Shown here: positions 18,583 through 27,322 of the stretch, piece after piece
Layout of the letters: every line of letters begins with the position of its first letter
Position numbering within the stretch: the first letter of the stretch is position 1
Assembly (NCBI GenBank): GCA_900753285.1
Contig: CAADYN010000127.1
Coordinates: 1-50,952 of the forward strand
Source: Clostridia bacterium
GTDB lineage: Bacteria > Bacillota > Clostridia > Oscillospirales > CAG-272
Reading direction: 5' to 3'
DNA: 50,952 bases
The notes under the pieces: model-generated
Seen by the model: the letters and a program-made list of their open reading frames with translations, nothing else
What the model was told of the DNA's origin: nothing
The model's database searches: none
Made by a program: the position numbers and the translations under genes

Positions 18583-18777
18583 ATGCTGAGTATAAATTCC
18601 CAATGGATTTTATGTCCTCTTTGTGGGAACAAAACCCGAAACAAAATCAGAGAAGACACAGTTTTGAAAAACTATCCTCTTTACTGCCCGAAATGTAGAC
18701 AGGAAACTTTAATTGAAGTCGAGAATTTACAAGTAACCGTCATCAAAGAGCCAGACGCACAGACGCAGAGCCGATGA
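18583..18777 (+). CDS. Cysteine-rich KTR-domain protein (copy A)
   Basis: CPLCGNKTR...YCPKCRQET is a zinc-ribbon with the KTR signature. The start lies 2 nt after the C45 stop. Confidence 0.75.
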   Translation: MLSINSQWILCPLCGNKTRNKIREDTVLKNYPLYCPKCRQETLIEVENLQVTVIKEPDAQTQSR

Positions 18778-18782
18778 ACTTG
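18734..18782 (+). repeat. 49 nt direct repeat, copy A (partner at 26254-26302)
   Basis: TAACCGTCATCAAAGAGCCAGACGCA[C/T]AGACGCAGAGCCGATGAACTTG, 48/49 identical by hand alignment. Confidence 0.9.
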
Positions 18783-18809
18783 AGAAAGCTTTCACAGTTC
18801 ATCGGCTCT
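18767..18809. terminator. Hairpin terminator between KTR-A and the convergent MATE gene
   Basis: AGAGCCGATGAACT (18767-18780) pairs with AGTTCATCGGCTCT (18796-18809), a 14 bp stem. Confidence 0.7.
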
Positions 18810-18831
18810 GTTACTACTTTTATGCTTGATT

Positions 18832-20223
18832 TTATTGCCTGTCACAGGGGATAGAAGCTGTTATCTTCATTTTCTGTTCGGCAACAGCTAAACTTCTATG
18901 CAAAGGGATTGCCATAAATACTGTAATAAGTGCAGAGAGAACATCGGCAATCGGCTGTGCATATAAAATACCGTTTAATCCCCATATAAATGGAAAAATT
19001 AAGATAACGGGAATGAAGCAGATACCTTGTCGGCAAGCTCCAAGAATAAACCCTTCTTTTCCTTTTCCAAGAGCAAGGAATAAAGAGGAATATACCGTGT
19101 AGTATCCAAACAGCATAAATGTAATACCGTTTACTCTTAAAGAGGAAGCTCCAATGTGAATCATTTCTGTGTTTCCAGTTGTAAACTGTGAAACAATGGT
19201 CGTAGAAAACAGACTGAATAATAAACCTACGATCACACAAAAAATAGTTGACCATAAGATGGAAATTTTGATTGCAGTACGCAGACGATCAAATTTTTTC
19301 GCCCCATAACTGTAACCTGCAATCGGTTGAAAACCTTTGATAAAACCAAATACTGTTAAGCTGCCCATAGATATAAGACGGGTAACAACGCCCATTCCCG
19401 CTATGGCTGAATCGCCGTAATTACCAGCGGCATTGTTTATTAGAGAGATAGAAATACTTGTTAATAATTGAAATACAAGTGTCGGAACGCCAATTTTGAA
19501 AATTTCAGATAGAATTTCTTTAGAAAAGGTACAGTCCTTTATTCTAAACTGAAAAGCACTTTTTTGTCTGAAAATATAAAACAGATACACAAGAGTAGAT
19601 ACTACCTGAGAAATTGCTGTGGCAATAGCAGCTCCTGCAACACCAAAATTAAAAGTGTATATAAATAATGGATCTAACCCGATATTGAGGACTGCACCTA
19701 ACAACAAGGCACACATTGTAGTTTTTGCTGCTCCTTCACTTGTCACGATATTGTTCATTGTGACATTAAAAACATTGAAAATGCAAGAAACAATGTAAAT
19801 ACCGGCATAGGTAGCCGCATAAGGAAGGACACTTTCTGTTGCACCTAAAAGTCTTAGAATGGGGTTCAAAAAGAGGATTGATAAAACAATCATAATTGCA
19901 CCGACAACAAGACTGCTATATAGTGCAGTGCTTGCCACTTTGTTTGCCTGATCCTTATTTCTTTGTCCTAACAGTCGAGAAATGTAGGATGCTGCCCCAT
20001 TGCCAAAAAGTAATCCTAAGCCGACGACTACTTGACCGAGAGGATACACAACCGAGATGGCAGCCATTTGACTTTCGCCTAAGCCACCTACAAAATAGGC
20101 ATCAACAAGATTGTACAAGGCGTTGATGAGCATACCAATCATTGTTGGAATACCCATAGCTAAAAGGGCTTTTGGAATTGGAGCATTGCCCAATAACTCC
20201 AATTTTCTGTTTTGATTGTCCAT
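18832..20223 (-). CDS. MATE-family efflux transporter
   Basis: 12-TM profile with LGNAPIPKALLAMGIPTMIGMLINALYNLVDAYFVG near the N-terminus. ATG 20223 was chosen because GAAAGGAGAAAG precedes it. Confidence 0.85.
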   Translation of the reverse strand: MDNQNRKLELLGNAPIPKALLAMGIPTMIGMLINALYNLVDAYFVGGLGESQMAAISVVYPLGQVVVGLGLLFGNGAASYISRLLGQRNKDQANKVASTALYSSLVVGAIMIVLSILFLNPILRLLGATESVLPYAATYAGIYIVSCIFNVFNVTMNNIVTSEGAAKTTMCALLLGAVLNIGLDPLFIYTFNFGVAGAAIATAISQVVSTLVYLFYIFRQKSAFQFRIKDCTFSKEILSEIFKIGVPTLVFQLLTSISISLINNAAGNYGDSAIAGMGVVTRLISMGSLTVFGFIKGFQPIAGYSYGAKKFDRLRTAIKISILWSTIFCVIVGLLFSLFSTTIVSQFTTGNTEMIHIGASSLRVNGITFMLFGYYTVYSSLFLALGKGKEGFILGACRQGICFIPVILIFPFIWGLNGILYAQPIADVLSALITVFMAIPLHRSLAVAEQKMKITASIPCDRQ

Positions 20224-20268
20224 AGTGTTCTTTCTCCTTTCACTTGACAAATAGAATAAAATATACTA

Positions 20269-20322
20269 CTATAAATTATAGCAGTTGAAACGCAAGTGGT
20301 ATTCTACTATAATTTATAGTAG
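20269..20322. promoter_or_regulatory. Two related palindromes (candidate PadR operators) in the divergent MATE/PadR promoter region
   Basis: CTATAAATTATAG at 20269-20281 and the perfect 19-mer CTACTATAATTTATAGTAG at 20304-20322. Confidence 0.5.
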
Positions 20323-20351
20323 TTGTCAAGAGAGTAAAGGAGGAAATTGAT

Positions 20352-20882
20352 ATGGCGACCATTGACTTAATTGTTTTGGGAATGTTAAAGAAAGAACCTC
20401 TGAGTGCGTATGACCTTCAAAAGTTGGTAGAGTACCGCAATATTTCAAAATGGGTAAAAATTAGTACCCCGTCTATTTATAAAAAGGTTATCCAGTTGGA
20501 GGAAAAAGGATATATTTCAAGTCATATAGAAAAAGAGGGTAAAATGCCAGAAAAATCAGTGTATTCTTTAACTGAAAAAGGGAAACAGCAGTTTGAAAAA
20601 TTGATGCTTGAAATATCCTGTAAGCCGATAAACATTTTTTTGGATTTTAATGCTGTCATTGTAAATCTGGACAGTATGTCCAGAGAAAGACAGCAAGAAT
20701 GTCTGGATAATATTGAGAGCAGTATGGAGGTATTGAAAAAATATCTGGAAGAAAATATTGCTTTGAAAAAGAGTAAAGAAGATATTCCTGTTACGGGTAT
20801 GGCAGTTTTACGGCAACAATACACATTGGCAGAGGCAATAGAGGAGTGGATTGCTTCATTAAAAAAAGAAATCAATTCGTAA
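20352..20882 (+). CDS. PadR-family transcriptional regulator
   Basis: LIVLGMLKKEPLSAYDLQKLV...SIYKKVIQLEEKGYI is a winged-HTH PadR N-terminus. Confidence 0.85.
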   Translation: MATIDLIVLGMLKKEPLSAYDLQKLVEYRNISKWVKISTPSIYKKVIQLEEKGYISSHIEKEGKMPEKSVYSLTEKGKQQFEKLMLEISCKPINIFLDFNAVIVNLDSMSRERQQECLDNIESSMEVLKKYLEENIALKKSKEDIPVTGMAVLRQQYTLAEAIEEWIASLKKEINS

Positions 20883-20927
20883 AAGTGCATGGTAGGAACA
20901 AAAGAAATGCTGTTATTTTTTAGTTTG

Positions 20928-20946
20928 GATTGTAATGAGATTGTAA
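20928..20946 (+). promoter_or_regulatory. Direct repeat GATTGTAA-N3-GATTGTAA (candidate response-regulator box) just upstream of a -10 TATACT (20958-20963)
   Basis: The 11 nt periodicity is typical of OmpR-family sites. No good -35 is present, which fits an activator-dependent promoter. Confidence 0.4.
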
Positions 20947-21002
20947 GAAGTGGTTGCTATACTGAATTTACAAAATAAAAACAGAAATTTGGAGGTTTTA
21001 AT

Positions 21003-21689
21003 ATGGCAATACTTGAAACAAAAGATTTACGAAAGATATACGGAAGCGGAGAAAACGAAGTCCATGCTTTGGATGGGGTATCCATTTCCGTAGAGGAAGG
21101 CGAATTTGTTGCTGTTATCGGTACATCGGGCAGCGGTAAATCTACACTACTCAACATGATTGGTGGGTTAGACCGTCCTACTTCTGGTAGTGTTACTATC
21201 CGAGGAAAAGAACTGTTGAAAATGAAAGACGAGGAACTGACGATTTTTAGGCGTCGAAACATTGGCTTTGTTTTTCAGAATTATAATCTGCTTCCTGTTC
21301 TTAATGTGTATGAGAACATTGTGTACCCTATTGAGATCGATGGTGGCAAGACCGATACAAGATTTGTAAAAGAGATTATCCATACTCTTGGCTTGGAACA
21401 AAAGCTTAAGAATATGCCGAATAATCTTTCAGGTGGTCAGCAGCAGAGGGTTGCGATTGCCCGTGCCCTTGCGACAAAGCCTGCCATTATCCTTGCCGAT
21501 GAGCCGACTGGAAATTTGGACTCAAAAACAAGTATGGATGTTATTTTGCTGATGCAGTCGATTAGCCGTCAGTTCCACCAAACCACCATTATGATCACGC
21601 ACAATGAGGAAATCGCTCAAATGGCAGACCGCACAATCCGCATTGAGGATGGCAAGGTTGTTTCGGGAGGTGTCAGATATGCACGCTAA
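21003..21689 (+). CDS. ABC transporter ATP-binding protein (MacB/BceA-like)
   Basis: Walker A GTSGSGKST, signature LSGGQQQRVAIARA and Walker B ILADEPTGNLD. Confidence 0.9.
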   Translation: MAILETKDLRKIYGSGENEVHALDGVSISVEEGEFVAVIGTSGSGKSTLLNMIGGLDRPTSGSVTIRGKELLKMKDEELTIFRRRNIGFVFQNYNLLPVLNVYENIVYPIEIDGGKTDTRFVKEIIHTLGLEQKLKNMPNNLSGGQQQRVAIARALATKPAIILADEPTGNLDSKTSMDVILLMQSISRQFHQTTIMITHNEEIAQMADRTIRIEDGKVVSGGVRYAR

Positions 21690-24240
21690 CCGAAATAAAA
21701 AAGCAGTTAAGCGAGTAGAAAAGGGAATGATGAAAGCAAACCGTATTCGTAACCTGTTTGCGGTGTTTGCGATCGTTCTCACTACATTTATGATTACTAC
21801 CGTGTTTAGTTTGGGCATTAACTATATGGAAAATATGAAGTTAATGCAGGTGCGTACCGCAGGCACGACCGCTAATGCTTCCCTTGCGATGCCGACAGAA
21901 AAGCAGGAACAGCAGATTAAGAATTTGGAATATGTTAAAACCGTCGGTACGCAGTATATGGTCGGCTCGGTTGCCGAGAAGAACGATGAGGGGCGTGATC
22001 TTTCTATCGCACTTTCGTATTACGACACTACTGAATGGGATAAACACTATAAAGAAACAATCAAAGATATAGAAGGGAAATATCCCTCAAATGAAAATGA
22101 AATTATGCTGTCAAAGGATGCTCTTTCACAGCTTGGAATGAAAGAGCCGAAGCTGAATATGGAAATCCCTCTGTCCTATTATGATAAAAACGGTCAGCAG
22201 GAAAAAAATTTCACTTTAAGCGGATGGTTTCATTCCTATACAGGCACGGGAATGGGCTTTGTTTCCGAAGCGTATTGCAAAAATGCAGGCTATACAATGG
22301 CAGAGGACGGCGTTCTTTCTTTGTCGTTGAATAAAATGCCTGATGATTTTTATCGTATTCAAAAAGATGTGGAGCTTAACGAAAATCAATCTTTCGGCGG
22401 TGCGGTTTCCATGAAATCATCAAGCGGTTCAGTGATTGCAATGGTAATCCTATTGGTATTCTTTATTATTGGCAGCGGGTATCTCCTTATTTACAATGTT
22501 TTGTATATATCCATTTCAAATGATACCCGTTTTTACGGTTTGATGAAAACGCTTGGAACAACGCAAAAACAGATTAAATCACTGGTAAAAAATCAGGCAG
22601 TTAAGTTTGCTTGCATTGGTATCCCGATTGGTATTTTGTTAGCCACCGCTGTTTCCTTTGGAATTGTTCCATTTGTGTTGAACGAGGGTTTTGAACAGGG
22701 CAAGTCGATGATGGATGCCGAAGTGTTTTTCCATCCATCTATCTATATTTTGTCCGTAATCTTTTCAGCAGTAACCGTTTGGATTGCCTGCAATGCTCCT
22801 GCAAAAGCGGCTGCAAAAATTTCGCCAATAGAAGCATTGAAGTTTCAGAATTTTGCACCGAAGAAAACAAAAAGCAGAAATTCCACCAATGGTGGCAAGC
22901 TGCATGTGATGGCATTTCATAATGTATTCCGTGACAAAAAGCGTGCTGCCCTTGTGTTTATGTCCTTGTTTATGGGAATTACTATGATTTTAGGCGTAAA
23001 TGGGGTTATAAGCAGTATGTCGGCTGAGAACTTTATTAAGGAATATATGGACTATAACTTTGAATACACTGATATTCAGTTTGAGCAGTATGAACAGCTC
23101 AATAAAGAAGTACCGCAGTTTGACGAACACTTTGTAGAACATATCAAGCAGCTTGACGGTATTAAAAATATAGATGTTCAAAAAACAGTCTGGGCAGGTA
23201 TTGACTTTAATGAAAACGATTTAGAAGGCTTTATGAAAATCAAATATGAGGACAGCAAATATAAAGCAAAGGGGCAGTCCTATGAACAGACGATAGAAAC
23301 ACTGAAAGGGTACGCTGAATCTGGTGACTATGGCTGCTATATTACAACGCTTCCAGACGACAGGGTACTGGAAGAATACAATGCAGAGCATCCTGATACG
23401 CCTATTGACATGGAAGCATTTAAGCGTGGCGAAACAGCGATTGCAGGAAAAGATACCGAATATAACGCTCCTAATACCGCTTTAGTGGGTGAAACATTGA
23501 CACTAACTGCCGACAGTACAGACGGCAAGGCAACTGATTTCAAAATTGGCGGAGCTTTTTACTATGACGATTATGATAATACTCTTTCAGAAGGTATTGG
23601 CAGACGCAAAGAAATAAATATGGTGCCAGATGTTATCTTTGTCAGCGAAGCGGGTATGGAACGCCTGACAAAAGAACCAATAATTTCCGCAATCGGCGTT
23701 GACATTAAGAATTTCAACGATTTAGAGCGAATTGACAGCGAATTACAGGCGATCAACAGTACCTTGACCACATCGGAGTGGCAGCTGAAATTTTCCGTGA
23801 ATCAGAAAGAACTATATAACCAGATGAACTACTCTTTGAGCTTGCTGGGAAACGGTGCTGCAATTCTGCTCATTGTCATCGGCTTGATTAACTTTGTAAA
23901 TGTTATGTTGACGGGTGTGGTGGCAAGGAAAAATGAATTTGCCATTATGGAAAGTATCGGAACAACGAAAAAGCAGATCAGGAAGATATTGACCTTAGAA
24001 GGCGGTATTTATGCTCTGATTTCTACTCTGCTGATTATGACTTTTGGTAATGCGTTCCTAATGTTGGTGGCAGATGCAGTTCCGCATATGGCAAACTATG
24101 CAGTATTTAAATACCCTGTTGCACTTGTCATCGGTTTGATCGCAGCAATCTTTGTAATTTGCTTAAGCGTTCCTGCCATTGTTTACAAGGCAACTTCTGA
24201 TGAAACGGTCATTGAAAGACTGCACAATTTTGATAGTTAA
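21679..24240 (+). CDS. FtsX-family ABC permease (BceB-like, two FtsX modules, about 853 aa)
   Basis: The ATG overlaps the ATPase stop. TM clusters lie around 21.75, 22.45-22.8 and 23.85-24.2 kb, with large loops between them. Confidence 0.8.
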   Translation: MHANRNKKAVKRVEKGMMKANRIRNLFAVFAIVLTTFMITTVFSLGINYMENMKLMQVRTAGTTANASLAMPTEKQEQQIKNLEYVKTVGTQYMVGSVAEKNDEGRDLSIALSYYDTTEWDKHYKETIKDIEGKYPSNENEIMLSKDALSQLGMKEPKLNMEIPLSYYDKNGQQEKNFTLSGWFHSYTGTGMGFVSEAYCKNAGYTMAEDGVLSLSLNKMPDDFYRIQKDVELNENQSFGGAVSMKSSSGSVIAMVILLVFFIIGSGYLLIYNVLYISISNDTRFYGLMKTLGTTQKQIKSLVKNQAVKFACIGIPIGILLATAVSFGIVPFVLNEGFEQGKSMMDAEVFFHPSIYILSVIFSAVTVWIACNAPAKAAAKISPIEALKFQNFAPKKTKSRNSTNGGKLHVMAFHNVFRDKKRAALVFMSLFMGITMILGVNGVISSMSAENFIKEYMDYNFEYTDIQFEQYEQLNKEVPQFDEHFVEHIKQLDGIKNIDVQKTVWAGIDFNENDLEGFMKIKYEDSKYKAKGQSYEQTIETLKGYAESGDYGCYITTLPDDRVLEEYNAEHPDTPIDMEAFKRGETAIAGKDTEYNAPNTALVGETLTLTADSTDGKATDFKIGGAFYYDDYDNTLSEGIGRRKEINMVPDVIFVSEAGMERLTKEPIISAIGVDIKNFNDLERIDSELQAINSTLTTSEWQLKFSVNQKELYNQMNYSLSLLGNGAAILLIVIGLINFVNVMLTGVVARKNEFAIMESIGTTKKQIRKILTLEGGIYALISTLLIMTFGNAFLMLVADAVPHMANYAVFKYPVALVIGLIAAIFVICLSVPAIVYKATSDETVIERLHNFDS

Positions 24241-24322
24241 ATGAGGTTGTGGGACGGACGCAGCATTGCTGCGTCTGTTCCTGCAATTTTGTATATTGAG
24301 AAAGGTGGTGCGTTTTGCGGCT

Positions 24323-24988
24323 ATGGCAAATATTTTTCTACTTGAAGATGACAGAATTCTGAGCAAGGGTATTTCTATCGCCCTAAAAAAAGACGAGCAT
24401 ATGGTCACAGCAGTCTATGGGTATTTGGAAGCATTGAAGCAATACCAAAAACAAAAGTATGATTTGTTTCTGCTTGATATTAACCTGCCTGACGGCAATG
24501 GTTTGGAATTTTGTGAAAAAATTCGTGAAACATCGGAAACACCCGTATTATTTCTAACTGCTAATGATACGGAAGAAGATATGTTGGAAGGGTTTGGCGT
24601 GGGTTGTGATGATTATATATCAAAGCCTTTTTCTATCGAAGTTTTACGGAAAAAAGTATTGGCAGTTCTAAAACGAAGTGGCGTAGGAAAATTTCGTATG
24701 AAATACAGAGATTTAGAGTTAGATAAAGAAAAGTGTCTTGTTTTGATGAAGGGACAGGAAATACATTTGACCTCAACAGAATACAAATTGCTCCTTTATC
24801 TAATGGAAAACAGGGGAAGGGTTGTTACAAAGGCAATGCTTTTGGAACAGCTTTGGGATATAGATGGAAATTTTGTTGATGATAATACCGTGCGTGTGAA
24901 TATTAAGCGGCTAAGGCAGAAAATGAATGATGAAAAGCAGGAATACATTGTAACAGTTTTTGGCATGGGCTACTCTTTTGGAGAATGA
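24323..24988 (+). CDS. OmpR/PhoB-family response regulator
   Basis: Receiver domain (LLEDD...DLFLLDINLPDGNG) and a winged-helix C-terminus (LTSTEYKLLLYLMEN...VRVNIKRLRQK). Confidence 0.9.
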   Translation: MANIFLLEDDRILSKGISIALKKDEHMVTAVYGYLEALKQYQKQKYDLFLLDINLPDGNGLEFCEKIRETSETPVLFLTANDTEEDMLEGFGVGCDDYISKPFSIEVLRKKVLAVLKRSGVGKFRMKYRDLELDKEKCLVLMKGQEIHLTSTEYKLLLYLMENRGRVVTKAMLLEQLWDIDGNFVDDNTVRVNIKRLRQKMNDEKQEYIVTVFGMGYSFGE

Positions 24989-26007
24989 CGATGAAGCATT
25001 TTGTGATTTATAGAAAACTGATTTTAATTATAGGTACTGCTACGGCGGTGGTATCTGTTGGTGTGTTCTTTTTTATGGAGGACATCCTTTTCCGTACGCT
25101 TTTTATCTCTTTTGCATTTGCATTTTTTTGGGGTCTGTTGTTCCTGCTGGACTTTCTGCACAACCGCTATAATGATAATCTGTTAGAGGAGATTACGCTG
25201 CTCATTGAAGCATTGGTAGAACAGCAGGAACGGACGGTCTTTTCAGAAGCTGAGGATACCCTGACCGCACGGCTGCAGCATCAACTTCTAAAACTCCGCA
25301 ATATTTTAAAGGCACAGAATCAAATGCTGACACAGGAGAAAGAACAGATTAAAACTTTAATCTCCGATATTTCGCATCAAATTAAAACGCCCGTAGCAGC
25401 GGCAAACACCTTTGCACAGTTATTAGGTGATACAGGGTTATCCGATGAGGAGAGAAGGGAATATATTGCCACCTTGCAGATGTCCCTTGAAAAGCTGACT
25501 TTTTTGACAAACAGTTTGATTAAAATGTCCCGTTTGGAAAGTGGCATTATCCGATTAAAACCTGAACAAAGCAGTTTAAATGATATTGTTATGCAAGCGG
25601 TAAAAACGGTTTATGCCAAAGCAAGGGATAAAAATATTACGATTACCTTTGATTGTGGGCAGACCTTTGAAGCCCTGCTTGATTTTAACTGGACGGCAGA
25701 AGCTGTTACCAATGTACTTGACAATGCTGTGAAATATACACCAAGCGGAGGAGTTGTGGACTTGAAAATCACCGAATATCCATCGTATTTGCGATTGGAT
25801 GTATCCGATAACGGAATTGGCATTCCTGAAGAAGAACAGGCAAAAATCTTCGGCAGATTTTACCGTGGAAAGCAGTCAGCAGGAGTTGACGGTGTAGGGA
25901 TCGGTTTATATCTTACCCGTGATATTGTGAATAAGCAGAACGGGTATATCAAGGTGGCATCCGATGAAAAAGGTACGATATTTTCTTTATTCTTGAAAAA
26001 AGTTTAG
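24985..26007 (+). CDS. Sensor histidine kinase, intramembrane-sensing type
   Basis: Two N-terminal TM helices with almost no extracytoplasmic loop, H-box SDISHQIKTP, N box LDNAVKYT and G boxes DNGIGI / GIGLYL. Confidence 0.9.
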   Translation: MTMKHFVIYRKLILIIGTATAVVSVGVFFFMEDILFRTLFISFAFAFFWGLLFLLDFLHNRYNDNLLEEITLLIEALVEQQERTVFSEAEDTLTARLQHQLLKLRNILKAQNQMLTQEKEQIKTLISDISHQIKTPVAAANTFAQLLGDTGLSDEERREYIATLQMSLEKLTFLTNSLIKMSRLESGIIRLKPEQSSLNDIVMQAVKTVYAKARDKNITITFDCGQTFEALLDFNWTAEAVTNVLDNAVKYTPSGGVVDLKITEYPSYLRLDVSDNGIGIPEEEQAKIFGRFYRGKQSAGVDGVGIGLYLTRDIVNKQNGYIKVASDEKGTIFSLFLKKV

Positions 26008-26111
26008 AGAATAATAGTAATTCCAGATAAGTGTACGATATGAATTTGTCAAGATAGTAAATATAAAATAGAAAGATTAAATAAAACATGATAAATGGAG
26101 ATGGATAATTT

Positions 26112-26282
26112 ATGATTTCAGAATGGATAATTTGCCCGATTTGTGGCAACAAAACCCGTGATAGAGTTAGAGAAGATACTGTTTTAAAGAATTATCCTCT
26201 TTACTGTCCGAAATGTAAGAAAGAAACTTTAATAAATGCAAAGAAATTACATATAACCGTCATCAAAGAGCCAGACGCATAG
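26112..26282 (+). CDS. Cysteine-rich KTR-domain protein (copy B, 56 aa, not in the ORF track)
   Basis: MISEWIICPICGNKTRDRVREDTVLKNYPLYCPKCKKETL...VIKEPDA. It ends at a TAG created by the single C/T difference within the 49 nt repeat. Confidence 0.75.
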   Translation: MISEWIICPICGNKTRDRVREDTVLKNYPLYCPKCKKETLINAKKLHITVIKEPDA

Positions 26283-26302
26283 ACGCAGAGCCGATGAACT
26301 TG
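26254..26302 (+). repeat. 49 nt direct repeat, copy B (partner at 18734-18782)
   Basis: See copy A. It is followed by its own hairpin and a T7 run (to about 26335). Confidence 0.9.
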
Positions 26303-26726
26303 TGAGATAACCTCATAAGTCATCGGCTCTTTTTTTACATGAATATAGAATTTGACAAGTCCGCCAAATAAAAAAAACGGTGTTTTGGTGGGCAATTTTG
26401 TCATGCTCAGATGGCTATTTTATCCCTCCAGACCTGTTTCAAGTTTGGAGGGATTTCTTATGTGTTGGTCTGATAACACTGTGCTGCTGATTTTAAGCAG
26501 CAGTTATTTACATACCGTTCGATAGAGATGAGAATAATCTGTTAAAAAAATTCTTATCTCCATTTGGGGAAATTATGTTCCAAAAGTAGATGTTAAATAT
26601 CTATATAATAGAATTGTTATTTCTTATAACCGTAAGGGTTTGACAGCCTTTGCGGTTTTTCTTTTGTCGTTTTTTGTTGAATTAAGTCGTAAGCCTGTTT
26701 GTGGCGTAGGGTGTCGTTCACCGCCG

Positions 26727-26758
26727 ATCAATCTGAAATTTCAAAAATTCAGATTGAT
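26727..26758 (+). promoter_or_regulatory. 11 bp-arm inverted repeat directly abutting the sigma-gene RBS
   Basis: ATCAATCTGAA (26727-26737) pairs with TTCAGATTGAT (26748-26758). GGAGG is at 26760-26764. Confidence 0.45.
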
Positions 26759-26772
26759 TGGAGGAACAAAGA

Positions 26773-27249
26773 ATGAATGAAAAACATCCTAACCGAAAAA
26801 AGGACAAGCATAACCCTTATACGCTGATGATTGTAGAGGGCAGATATTACCTCTCTTTTAAAGATGGGCGGGGTGTTATGCAAAATATTGAAATAGAGAA
26901 AGTGCTGTATGACCTGTTTAACCGTTTTGAGCTTGAGGATATTTCCTATCTTAATCGGGTGAGCAGGCACATTGAACACTCCGAGTTGACAGAAAACTCC
27001 TTGAATGACCGAGTTTTTTATAAGGAAGAAAGTCTTGAGGAAACCGTTTCAAGGTGCATCGAATACGAACTGCTACATAAGGCAATATCAAAACTGCCCG
27101 AAACACAAAGACGCAGGCTGCTGTTGTACTTTTTCGGAGAGTTGTCCTATGAGCAGATTGCCAAGTTGGAGGGATGCACCAAAATGGCGGTTAAAGGAAG
27201 CGTTGACATTGCACTAAAGAAGTTAAAAAAACTTTTTGAAAAATTTTAA
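26773..27249 (+). CDS. Small sigma-70-family/ECF-like factor (mainly region 4)
   Basis: LPETQRRRLLLYFFGELSYEQIAKLEGCTKMAVKGSVDIALKKLKK is a sigma region-4 HTH. ATG follows GGAGG. Confidence 0.7.
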   Translation: MNEKHPNRKKDKHNPYTLMIVEGRYYLSFKDGRGVMQNIEIEKVLYDLFNRFELEDISYLNRVSRHIEHSELTENSLNDRVFYKEESLEETVSRCIEYELLHKAISKLPETQRRRLLLYFFGELSYEQIAKLEGCTKMAVKGSVDIALKKLKKLFEKF

Positions 27250-27280
27250 TTTTAGCCTATACGAAACCGCTTTTAAGTGA

Positions 27281-27322
27281 GCAAACAGGTGAGAGGGATT
27301 AAATTCCTTCCACCTGTTTTGC
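27281..27322 (+). terminator. Rho-independent terminator after the sigma gene
   Basis: GCAAACAGGTG (27281-27291) pairs with CACCTGTTTTGC (27311-27322), followed by TTTG. Confidence 0.7.
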
